Shown: piece by piece, positions 38,931 to 47,091 of the stretch | How the letters are laid out: each line of letters begins with the position of its first letter | How positions within the stretch are numbered: position 1 is the first letter of the stretch | Origin: Candidatus Marinacidobacterales bacterium | GTDB lineage: Bacteria > Acidobacteriota > Vicinamibacteria > Marinacidobacterales > DATDRI01 | NCBI GenBank assembly: GCA_965226495.1 | Contig: OZ245365.1 | Coordinates: 4,928,001 to 4,992,000 of the forward strand | Reading direction: 5' to 3' | DNA: 64,000 nt | Translations under genes and position numbers: made by a program | Notes under the pieces: generated by a model | Databases searched by the model: none | Told to the model about the DNA's origin: nothing | What the model saw: only the letters and a program-made list of their open reading frames with translations

Positions 38931-40220
38931 ACCACTGGAGCCACTGGAGTACGCCCGATCCAATAGCACCGCCGGATGGGTCACCTCGGAATCGAGTCCG
39001 GCCCGCTTGACTCCGTGGGACAGTTGCATCAGGCACCCGGGGTTCCCGCTCACAATAATATCGGGGGCGATCTCTTTCAGATGCCGCATTTTTTCATCAA
39101 GCGCGCTCATCGACAGGCCATAGTGCGTAAGGTTGTAGATCCCGGCGCTCCCGCAACATCGCTCAGAATCGGAGAAGCTCAAAAGAGAGAGGCCGGGTAT
39201 GCTCGCAAGCAGATCCCGCGGCTCCGCGCGCACCCGTTGCGCATGGAAGAGATGACAAGGCGCGTCGTACGCCACGCGAGCCTCGACCCGTCCGTGAGGT
39301 GGATCGAAACCCTCGCGAACGAGAAAAGCCGAGACGTCTACCACTCGCGAGGCGAACTCGGCGGCTCCGGAATCATCGGCGAGCAGCTCCGCATACTCGG
39401 AAAGCGCGGCACCGCATCCGGCCGCGTTCACCACGATGGCATCGACGCCGGCATCGCCGAACGCCCGCACGTTCGCTCGCGCAAGTTCGTGCGCGACTTC
39501 CGGAAGCCCATTGTGGAGGTGCAACGCACCGCAGCAGCGCTGCGCCTCCGGGACGACGACTTCGAAACCATTCCGTTGCAAGACCCTGGCTGTCGCGCGG
39601 TTCACGTCGCCAAAAAAATGAGAAGCAATGCACCCCGAGAAGAGGCCGACCCGTTTGCGGCGTGCCCCTTCGGCATGAAGCAGCTCGGGCAAATTGCGCC
39701 GCGCCTCACGAGGGGGAACCCGCGGCAATAGAGATTCGCGATCCGCCAGCTCGCCGGCCAGATCACCGGGAAGCCGTCGGAGCAATCCGCCGACAAGGCT
39801 CCGAAGTCCGGTTGCCTCATAGAGATGAAGCAACCCAACGAGGCGTTTCAACCTCATTGGGTGCGCCAAAATGCTTCCCATCATCACCTTTTTTGTCGCT
39901 CTGTTCAGCCACCCTTCCGTTTTCTCCTCGGTGATGAGACCGCGCACATCTTCCATGATGGAGCCCACCGGAACTCCCGCCGGACAAACGGATTCGCAGG
40001 CCCGGCACGCCAGGCAATCATAGATGTCTTCGGTCAGGGTGGGGGTGATGTCGAGTCGGCCTTCGAGGACCGCACGGATGTTGTACACCTGACCGCGTGG
40101 CGCCACCGACTCACGCCCCAAGGCCGCGTAGGTCGGACACGCGGGAAGGCAAAGCCCGCAGTGCACACAAGAGAGCGTCTTGTCGTAGAGGGCCTGGCGC
40201 TCGGGCGTCACGACTTGCAT
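38916..40220 (-). CDS. glcF: Glycolate oxidase iron-sulfur subunit
   Basis: CVHCGLCLPACP, CLACRACESVCP and two CCG domains. Start placed at MQVV (ORF extends to 40274). Confidence 0.85.
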   Translation of the reverse strand: MQVVTPERQALYDKTLSCVHCGLCLPACPTYAALGRESVAPRGQVYNIRAVLEGRLDITPTLTEDIYDCLACRACESVCPAGVPVGSIMEDVRGLITEEKTEGWLNRATKKVMMGSILAHPMRLKRLVGLLHLYEATGLRSLVGGLLRRLPGDLAGELADRESLLPRVPPREARRNLPELLHAEGARRKRVGLFSGCIASHFFGDVNRATARVLQRNGFEVVVPEAQRCCGALHLHNGLPEVAHELARANVRAFGDAGVDAIVVNAAGCGAALSEYAELLADDSGAAEFASRVVDVSAFLVREGFDPPHGRVEARVAYDAPCHLFHAQRVRAEPRDLLASIPGLSLLSFSDSERCCGSAGIYNLTHYGLSMSALDEKMRHLKEIAPDIIVSGNPGCLMQLSHGVKRAGLDSEVTHPAVLLDRAYSSGSSGSGHQ

Positions 40221-40394
40221 GGCATCCAGGATTATAGTCGCTATGTACAGAAGGATGTTGCTGATGCGGAACAACCGAGTCGCTTCGGAAAGCGTCTATC
40301 GTCGGCAGAGATTCAAAGGATGATGGAAGAATCCTCCCGCCGGGCGCGCTAGTGACCGGCGTCAGGTATTGGGCCGCTCACGAACTGGCGCGCG

Positions 40395-41654
40395 TCACAG
40401 TCTGCCTACGAAGCGGCCAGGCGAAAGAATCCCCTTGGGATCGAGCTTCTCTTTGATCTTCTTCATCAGCTCGAACCCTCCGGGCCTCTCACCGAAAACG
40501 TCAAGGCGCGCTTTGATTTCCTGAGGTGCGGATTCCAAAACGGCATTGCCTTCGAGTTCCTGCGCCGTCGATAGCATATATGGATAGGCTTCGAAGTCTT
40601 CCGAACGTGCGTAGAGAAGGCCGGCGTCCGGGTAAGCCACGACCGGCCCCTTCCTTTGCCACTGCTCGGCAAGGCGCACCGTCCGCGAAGGAAGGACTTG
40701 ACCGAGGACAACGATCGGCGACTCCCCCGACAGTGTCGACGACGCCGGGAAGTCCCGGAGACGATCCCACAAACTTTCGCTTTCCCCGGGGGTTGGCCGG
40801 ATAACCTCGTTTCCGCGCAATAAGTCTTCGCTCTTCCCACAATGGTCGGACACCTCCTCGTCGATCCCCTCGTAGCGGAGCAAGAGCAGCCAACCCCTGA
40901 AAGACAGGGAAGCGGCGAGAGACGGTTCGATGACCGCGATCACCTCCGGCTGGAGTGAGCTGCGTCGATGCACAGAAAGAGCATCGAAGACGGAAGACAC
41001 GTCCTGAAGCGACACCGCGAGCGTCACGGTAGTTTCGGGGATGGGCCGCACTCGGAGGTGAACGCGCGTCAAGAACGCCAGCGTGCCGCGCGAGCCGACC
41101 AAGAGCTTCATCAGCTCGTAACCGGCCACGTTTTTGATCACTCGCCCCCCTGCCGAGACCAAAGTTCCGTCCGCCAACAAGGCATCGAACCCCAAGAGAA
41201 GGTCGCGTGGGCGTGCCCCCGGTTGACGACGAAAACCCGGCTCACCCGAGGCGAGGACTCCTCCCACCGAGGCGCCGTCGACACACGGCGGATCCCACGG
41301 CATGAACTGTCTTTCTTTCGCTAGCAACGCCTGAAGATCGCGAAGCCGAGTACCGGTGTGGACGGTGACGGTCGAGTCCGCGGGCTCGTAGTCCTCAACT
41401 CCCGTGAGGTGTGCGGAGCTGAGATAGCAATCCAAGCGGGCGGGTAAGTTGCCGACATGGAGGCGTGTGCCGCCTCCATACGGAATCACGGCGAGCCTCT
41501 CGCGGGAACAGAAAGTAAGAGTCTTTGCAGCAGCCTCCACTGACGTGGGCTCCAGAACGAGAGGTGGCTTCATGCCGTCGATCTCCGGGTCCTCGGCTCG
41601 CGGTGGTCGAGCATTCGCCTCCTCCAACAACGCGCGGGCCTTCCCCAACGTCAT
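40395..41654 (-). CDS. glcE: Glycolate oxidase FAD-binding subunit
   Basis: GGRVIKNVAGYELMKLLVGSRGTL and DPKGILSPGR; lies between glcD and glcF. Confidence 0.85.
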   Translation of the reverse strand: MTLGKARALLEEANARPPRAEDPEIDGMKPPLVLEPTSVEAAAKTLTFCSRERLAVIPYGGGTRLHVGNLPARLDCYLSSAHLTGVEDYEPADSTVTVHTGTRLRDLQALLAKERQFMPWDPPCVDGASVGGVLASGEPGFRRQPGARPRDLLLGFDALLADGTLVSAGGRVIKNVAGYELMKLLVGSRGTLAFLTRVHLRVRPIPETTVTLAVSLQDVSSVFDALSVHRRSSLQPEVIAVIEPSLAASLSFRGWLLLLRYEGIDEEVSDHCGKSEDLLRGNEVIRPTPGESESLWDRLRDFPASSTLSGESPIVVLGQVLPSRTVRLAEQWQRKGPVVAYPDAGLLYARSEDFEAYPYMLSTAQELEGNAVLESAPQEIKARLDVFGERPGGFELMKKIKEKLDPKGILSPGRFVGRL

Positions 41655-43093
41655 ATCCAGGCTCCCGGAACCGCGGCCACGCTGCCCAACGCTCCTTTCT
41701 CACCACAACCTTGACCGGTCGGAAACACCTTGCTCGGATTGCAGAGGCCCTTTGGATTCCAGACTTCGCGAAGCGAACGCATTAGGTCGAGATCCGACTC
41801 GGTGAAGATCAATTTCATGAAGTTTGCCTTCTCGGTACCGACACCGTGCTCGCCGCTGATCGAACCTCCCACCGACACACAGAGTTCCATGATTGCGCGC
41901 CCGGCTTCGAGCACCCTTCGCTTTTCATCTTCGTCACGGCCGTCGTAAGGAATACAGGGATGAAGATTGCCATCGCCAGCATGAAACACGTTAGCCACTC
42001 GAATGCGATACTCGCGCGCGATCTCATCGACCCTGGCCAGAACTTCGGGCAAGCGTGTCCGGGGAACGACTCCATCTTGCACGTAAAGATCGGTGGAGAC
42101 GCGGCCCATCGCCCCGAAGGAAACTTTCCTCCCTTTCCAAAGCCGCTCGCGCTCCTCGTCGTCGCGCGCCGCCGTGAACGCAACCGCGCCACGCTGACGG
42201 CAGATCGATTCCACCTCTTTTTCTAACCGGTCCATGGCGGACTGTGCTCCATCGAATTCCACGAGGAGCACCGCCTCGGCGTCCTTTGGATATCCAGCGG
42301 CGTTGACCCCGGCTTCGACAACTTCGATGGTGGCGTGATCTAGCATTTCCATTGCCGCGGGGACGATACCGCGCGCCACGATGTCGGAGACTGCTTCACA
42401 CGCGGCGACCATGCTACGGAAGGGAGCGAGACACGTCTTCACCGCCTCGGGCAAGGGCAACAATCGCACTTCCACTTCGGTGGCGATGCCGAACGTACCC
42501 TCGGAGCCGACGAAGAGTCCCACCAAATCGTAGCCGACGCCGGGCCGGCGGTCCCCCAGATTCACGATTTCTCCGTCGGGCAAAACCACGGTGAGAGAAA
42601 GGATATGTGCGGTCGTTGCTCCGTACTTGAAGCAATGCGGCCCGCCCGCGTTCTCGGCGATGTTGCCGCCCACCGTGCAGGAAGACTGGCTGGACGGATC
42701 GGGCGCAAAGAAGAGGCCGCTCGAAGCGACACCTTGGGATATCGCGAGGTTGACGATGCCGGTTTGGACACGAGCGGTGCGGTTCTCGATGTCGACGTCG
42801 AGAATCCGGTTCAACCGATTCATCGCTACAACGACCCCGCCTTCGACCGGAATGGCACCCCCGGAGAGACCCGTTCCCGCGCCTCGGCCCACGAAAGGGA
42901 TCCCCGACGTAGCACAGACCCGGACCACCTCCGATACCTCTTCCGTCGAGCCCGGAAGTACCACCGCTTCGGGGGGGCTCTTGAAGGCGGTCGTCCCGTC
43001 ACATTCGTAGACCAGGACGTGCTCGGGCCGTACGAGTAGGGCGTCTTTTCCGACGATCCGCCCTAACTCCTTGAGGGTCCTCTTGGGTAGCAC
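41651..43093 (-). CDS. glcD: Glycolate oxidase subunit GlcD (FAD-linked oxidase)
   Basis: RGAGTGLSGG, PDPSS, ENAGGPHC.KYG, HAGDGNLHP and GEHGVG. Confidence 0.9.
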   Translation of the reverse strand: MLPKRTLKELGRIVGKDALLVRPEHVLVYECDGTTAFKSPPEAVVLPGSTEEVSEVVRVCATSGIPFVGRGAGTGLSGGAIPVEGGVVVAMNRLNRILDVDIENRTARVQTGIVNLAISQGVASSGLFFAPDPSSQSSCTVGGNIAENAGGPHCFKYGATTAHILSLTVVLPDGEIVNLGDRRPGVGYDLVGLFVGSEGTFGIATEVEVRLLPLPEAVKTCLAPFRSMVAACEAVSDIVARGIVPAAMEMLDHATIEVVEAGVNAAGYPKDAEAVLLVEFDGAQSAMDRLEKEVESICRQRGAVAFTAARDDEERERLWKGRKVSFGAMGRVSTDLYVQDGVVPRTRLPEVLARVDEIAREYRIRVANVFHAGDGNLHPCIPYDGRDEDEKRRVLEAGRAIMELCVSVGGSISGEHGVGTEKANFMKLIFTESDLDLMRSLREVWNPKGLCNPSKVFPTGQGCGEKGALGSVAAVPGAWI

Positions 43094-43165
43094 AGAGGCA
43101 AGCTAGCATGGTCCCCGGCGGAGAGGCAAGATCTCGCCGATCGAGCGACCAGTCGAGCTGGACGG

Positions 43166-43194
43166 TTGCAAAGAGGGGGACCGTGTAATACAGT
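43166..43194 (+). promoter_or_regulatory. Sigma70-type promoter for yjbQ-queD-folE operon
   Basis: TTGCAA-17 nt-TACAGT; predicted TSS ~43199-43201. Confidence 0.55.
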
Positions 43195-43197
43195 TGA

Positions 43198-43350
43198 GGA
43201 CTTGGCCTGGGTTGGACTCACTAGTCGACGCCATGGGATTATTTGAACCTGAGGAACGCCCCTGGGCGTCGGGTCAAGTCTGGTAAGTGGGCCTGCTGCG
43301 GAGACAAATTCTGTAGAACGCGAGTCACTTCGCTCATGACAAGGAGTCAG
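43198..43350 (+). ncRNA. Candidate structured 5' leader RNA (riboswitch/attenuator-like, family not recognised)
   Basis: Manual pairing: 11-13 bp stem 43198-43208/43271-43281 enclosing two hairpins, an alternative exclusive fold, and a downstream hairpin at 43296-43316. Confidence 0.4.
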
Positions 43351-43352
43351 AC

Positions 43353-43892
43353 ATGAAGATGGCGGCCGGAAGCGCCGAGCTAGCAGTCAAGGTGAAAACG
43401 GAAGTGCCGGAAGTGCCGAAAGTGCCGGAAGTGCCGGAAGTGCCGAAAGTGGAAGCTAACGGGCTGAAAATCTTTTCACGCACCTTGAGGGTTGTCACCG
43501 ACAGCCGAGTAGAGCTCTACAACGTGACCGATCGCATTCGTGATCTGGTAAAGGCCTCGGGAGTCAAGGCTGGCTTCCTTGTCGTCTCTACTCTGCACAC
43601 CACTACCGCGGTGTTCATCAACGAGTTTCAAGCTGCGCTCATGGCCGACGTCAAGACTTTTCTTGAACGGTTCGTCAACAAAGAGCATGGATACCTTCAT
43701 AACTGCGAGGACTCCTCCGACTGCGACCGGAAGAATGCCGACTCCCATCTCAGGGCGATGCTCTTAGGGCACAATCTGACACTACCCATCCAGGAAGGTT
43801 CCATTACCCTGGGCAAGTGGCAGAGCATCTTGTTTGCGGAGCTCGATGGTCCCCGGGAGCGGATCGTGACCGCTCAGGTCATCGGTATCTAG
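43353..43892 (+). CDS. yjbQ: YjbQ/UPF0047 family protein
   Basis: HTT.AV.INE, NADSHLRA.LLG and LGKWQSI.F.ELDGPR; EVP repeats at the N-terminus. Confidence 0.9.
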   Translation: MKMAAGSAELAVKVKTEVPEVPKVPEVPEVPKVEANGLKIFSRTLRVVTDSRVELYNVTDRIRDLVKASGVKAGFLVVSTLHTTTAVFINEFQAALMADVKTFLERFVNKEHGYLHNCEDSSDCDRKNADSHLRAMLLGHNLTLPIQEGSITLGKWQSILFAELDGPRERIVTAQVIGI

Positions 43893-43912
43893 AGGTATCT
43901 AGGCGTATCTAG
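43885..43912. repeat. 10-bp-period triplication of the yjbQ stop region (GTATCTAG x3)
   Basis: gtatctag at 43885, 43895 and 43905. Confidence 0.85.
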
Positions 43913-44033
43913 GCCCCACTACAAATAGTTCTCCCCCGCGCTTGTTAGAAATCGCTCGGAAGCGGGCGTTCGCTTGCCCGCGCCGCTGAGAATCAAGCTA
44001 CACTGGCAGCCGCGCGGGAGGTCAGGCAAAACG

Positions 44034-44411
44034 TTGCAGTTACGGTTGGATTTCGATTTCAACGCCGCCCATCGTCTTCCTTACTACGAAGGCCCCTGCT
44101 TTCAAACTCACGGACACAATTATCGACTGAGGGTTTTGGTCAAGGGTCGTGTCGACCCTGCAACGGGCCTGTCGATGGACTTCACAGCCATCAAGCGCGT
44201 TGTCCAAGACACTGTCCTCCAGACCATCGATCACAACGACCTGAATCAGGTGCTCGACAACCCGACTGCGGAAAACGTCGTGGCTTGGATTTGGAAGCGG
44301 CTACGCCCCGCCCTGCCAGGCCTCGTCGAGCTCCAACTCTTCGAAACGCCAGATTGTGGCGTCATCTACCGCGGAGACTCGGATGGGGAAGCGGAAGCGG
44401 CCCAACAGTAA
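44034..44411 (+). CDS. queD: 6-carboxytetrahydropterin synthase / PTPS-I
   Basis: FNAAH, CFQTHGHNY (CxxxHGH), DH..LN, PTAEN and ET; TTG start after GGGAGG. Confidence 0.88.
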   Translation: MQLRLDFDFNAAHRLPYYEGPCFQTHGHNYRLRVLVKGRVDPATGLSMDFTAIKRVVQDTVLQTIDHNDLNQVLDNPTAENVVAWIWKRLRPALPGLVELQLFETPDCGVIYRGDSDGEAEAAQQ

Positions 44412-45036
44412 GACGAGCCGACCAACTCGTCGCCGCCAAACCCCGGACTTACGCTTGATGAGTGAAGCGATCCGTGCGTTCTTGGATACGGCAGGAATCG
44501 ATACCTCCCACCCACAATTGATCGACACACCCAAGCGCGTGGCGCAATCGTGGACCGAGGAGTTTTTGGACGGATACGATGCCGACCCTGCCGTCATCCT
44601 CGGCGATAACTTCGACGCCGATGAGAGCGCCTCGAAGGACTCCTCGGGGTTGGTCCTGGCCAAAGATATTCCGTTTCACGGCCTTTGTCCTCATCATCTA
44701 CTTCCCCTGCAGGGGCGAGCCCACATCGGTTATCTTCCCAATGGCAAACTGGTCCCGTTCTCTGGCCTGGTGAGACTGCTGGACTGCTTCGCACACCGGC
44801 TAGAGGTGCAGGAGACCGTGACCAAGCAGGTCGCGGAAGCACTGGTAAAGCATTTGGACGTCAAAGGAGCGGCATCGATTCTTGAAAGCGAGCAGACTTG
44901 TATGACTCTGCGGGGAGTAAAACGCCTCGGTACTCGGATCGTCACCACTCACTTCGCGGGAGTATTCACTTCGCGGGCCGACCTAAGGAGCGAGTTCCTG
45001 CAGAGCGTGGGCCGTCCCGAAGAGACTGATGAATGA
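44383..45036 (+). CDS. folE: GTP cyclohydrolase I (FolE type IA), atypical paralogue
   Basis: TPKRVA, CPHH, HIGYLP, VQE and CM..RGV; several catalytic substitutions (see findings). Confidence 0.8.
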   Translation: MGKRKRPNSKTSRPTRRRQTPDLRLMSEAIRAFLDTAGIDTSHPQLIDTPKRVAQSWTEEFLDGYDADPAVILGDNFDADESASKDSSGLVLAKDIPFHGLCPHHLLPLQGRAHIGYLPNGKLVPFSGLVRLLDCFAHRLEVQETVTKQVAEALVKHLDVKGAASILESEQTCMTLRGVKRLGTRIVTTHFAGVFTSRADLRSEFLQSVGRPEETDE

Positions 45037-45672
45037 GTGGAGGAGACTTCCGTCCTCGAGTCGCGATCATCACCGGCGCCGGCCGGGGTATCGGTCGCGC
45101 AACGGCCCTGGCCTTCGCCGCGAAGGGCATTGCGGTCGCAATCGCTTCCCGCCGACCCGCCGACCTGATGGCGGTGGAAGGTCAGATCGAAGAGCAAGGA
45201 GGCAAAGCGTTGGCGGTCCCCACCGATGTATCGGTGGACCAAGCAAGTCGACGAGCTAGTCGAGAAAGCCGAAAAGGAGCTGGGCGCCGTCGATGTCCTG
45301 GTAAACAACGCCGGCGTCTTGGAACGTCACCCAGTCGTGGAAACTAGCGAGGAGTCTTGGGATCGCGTGCTAGACATCAATCTCAAGGGAGCCTTTCTCT
45401 GCACGCGGGCCGTGCTACCCCAAATGATACGCCAGCGCCGGGGGCGGATCCTCAACGTGTCCTCGATCTCGGGCCGAGTCGGCACGCCGCAGCTTGCTTC
45501 TTACTGCGCTTCCAAATGGGGGTTACTCGGCTTCACTAAGGCTACCGCCGCAGAGGTGCGCCAGCACGACGTCGAGGTCATGGCGGTCTGTCCCGGATCG
45601 GTGGCGACCGAGATGCTCAGTAAGGGCTTGCCCGGAGCGAAACCGGACATCACTTCCGAGACGAGACACTAG
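45033..45672 (+). pseudogene. Short-chain dehydrogenase/reductase, frameshifted near 45237-45241 and apparently C-terminally short
   Basis: TGAGRGIG lies in the frame starting 45033; NNAG, SSISG and YCASK lie in the +1 frame. One extra base joins them, which may be a sequencing error. Confidence 0.75.
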
Positions 45673-45675
45673 TAC

Positions 45676-46101
45676 CTAGGCCTTCCGAGGCCGCGCATGC
45701 CAGTAGTCAACGCTCAACCGATCCTCTTCTCGCGGAACCCAGAGAACGAAGAGCAATAGACCGAGCCGGGGCATCACATGACCGGTGAAGCTATACAGAG
45801 GCTCCTTCAAAAGATGGCCGTAGGTCACGAGGAGAAGCACCGCGCCCAATGCTATCGACGCCTCCCGAATGCGCCAGCCGATGATGAGGAGCGCGCCGGC
45901 CACCAACTCGATGGCTGGCGCCACGCTGCCGCTTGCCCAGAGCAAGATCACAGGAATCCAGTTGTCTGCGTACGGCTCGACGAACATCCGTCGTGCGTGC
46001 TCGACCGAGCCAAGCTCGAATACTTTCCACCAACCGGCCATGAAAAAGATGAGGCCTAGCGTGACGCGCGCGAAAAAAATGGCCAGGCTACGTTTGGACA
46101 T
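45676..46101 (-). CDS. DoxX family membrane protein
   Basis: RVTLGLIFFMAGWWK, ELVAG.LL..G and SVD. Confidence 0.8.
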   Translation of the reverse strand: MSKRSLAIFFARVTLGLIFFMAGWWKVFELGSVEHARRMFVEPYADNWIPVILLWASGSVAPAIELVAGALLIIGWRIREASIALGAVLLLVTYGHLLKEPLYSFTGHVMPRLGLLLFVLWVPREEDRLSVDYWHARPRKA

Positions 46102-46104
46102 CTT

Positions 46105-46983
46105 TCAACGTGACGCTATCTTCTGGAGGGTCTCGTGCAAGCGATGCGCCATAATTTTGCAGATGATACTCGTAAGATAGAGCGCCGCTCCCACGTTGTA
46201 TTCGATCGCCCGCTCCAAGGTTTCCGCCGGGACGACGTAAACGTCGAGGGCGCCGCGGGCCACTGCCGACGCAGAGCGTGGCCTCTGATCGATGAACGAC
46301 AACTCACCGAAAAAGTTGCCGGAGCCGAGTCGCGCAAGGGTCATCGACTCACCCGAAGCGCTCTCCTTTCGGATCTCCACTTCACCCTCACCGATGACGA
46401 AGAGTTCTTTGCCTTCGTCCCCTTCATGAAACACGACCGCGTCGGACTCGAAGCTGCGGGGACTGAAGAGCGATTCCAACCGCCGAAGCTCGGCTTCAGA
46501 CAACTGGGCCGATGGCGTGTCGTCCAGTGAGTCGCCTTTATCAGCTGTCGCCATCTCTTGAAGAACCTCGTTGGCGGATCTTATTTTTTGCGACATGCTT
46601 TTTGCGAAGAGTCCCAAGAACTTGACCGCCCCGGTCCGGCTATAACGAAAGGCCCCCTTGAGAAAATGCCGGTCGAGAGAGAAACAAGCCGCGTCCGTTT
46701 CCGCTTCCGCGAAAATGGGGGTATCGGAAACGAAGAGTGCTTCCTCCCCGAGAAGCCCATTCTTCTGCTGTTTGCCGAGCGGCAATCTCCCGCGGTTCCC
46801 TTCGGTTTCCAGTCGGATCTCACCGTCACGAATCAGCAAAATCTCGTCACCGATGGCAACCGCTTCCCCAGCCGCAAAGCTTCGTTCTTTCAGTTCTTTG
46901 TCGAAAACGCTCGCTTCGGCGGCCGTCAAAACGGCAAGGGGGGATAAGGAGCGGAGGGACAGGGAAGGGCCCTGGGAGTCCAC
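46105..46983 (-). CDS. Tandem cyclic-nucleotide-binding domain protein (no HTH)
   Basis: Second domain has FFGELSFIDQRPRSASA. First domain is degenerate (LLGEEALF..TP, no Arg). Confidence 0.8.
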   Translation of the reverse strand: MDSQGPSLSLRSLSPLAVLTAAEASVFDKELKERSFAAGEAVAIGDEILLIRDGEIRLETEGNRGRLPLGKQQKNGLLGEEALFVSDTPIFAEAETDAACFSLDRHFLKGAFRYSRTGAVKFLGLFAKSMSQKIRSANEVLQEMATADKGDSLDDTPSAQLSEAELRRLESLFSPRSFESDAVVFHEGDEGKELFVIGEGEVEIRKESASGESMTLARLGSGNFFGELSFIDQRPRSASAVARGALDVYVVPAETLERAIEYNVGAALYLTSIICKIMAHRLHETLQKIASR

Positions 46984-46993
46984 GAGGCGTATT

Positions 46994-47080
46994 CTATCCC
47001 CATTTATTTCGGGGATAGGTGATTAAATAACTTACCTAATCAAGTCAACGAGTTAGGAGTTAAATCACCTGTCCCCGAAT
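46994..47080. repeat. AT-rich long inverted repeat (GGGGA[T/C]AG/CTGTCCCC REP/MITE-like), possible terminator of gabD
   Basis: ttcggggataggtgatt (47008-47024) pairs with aatcacctgtccccgaa (47063-47079); extra ctatcccc at 46994. Confidence 0.7.
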
Positions 47081-47091
47081 TAGAATTGGAA

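Noticed and set aside
43198-43330. 6S RNA, HDV-like or hammerhead ribozyme, or preQ1 riboswitch
   Set aside because: Too short and not rod-like for 6S. The HDV L3 lacks the CC needed for P1.1. CUGAGGA is not followed by GAAA after stem II. There is no preQ1 A-rich tail.
45230-45245. Programmed ribosomal frameshift in the SDR or Rhs genes
   Set aside because: No slippery heptamer, homopolymer tract or obvious stimulatory element; a single-base indel is more parsimonious.
43353-45672. Dpd/7-deazaguanine DNA-modification defence island
   Set aside because: No dpdA/tgt, queC or queE in the window, and the flanks are ordinary metabolic genes.
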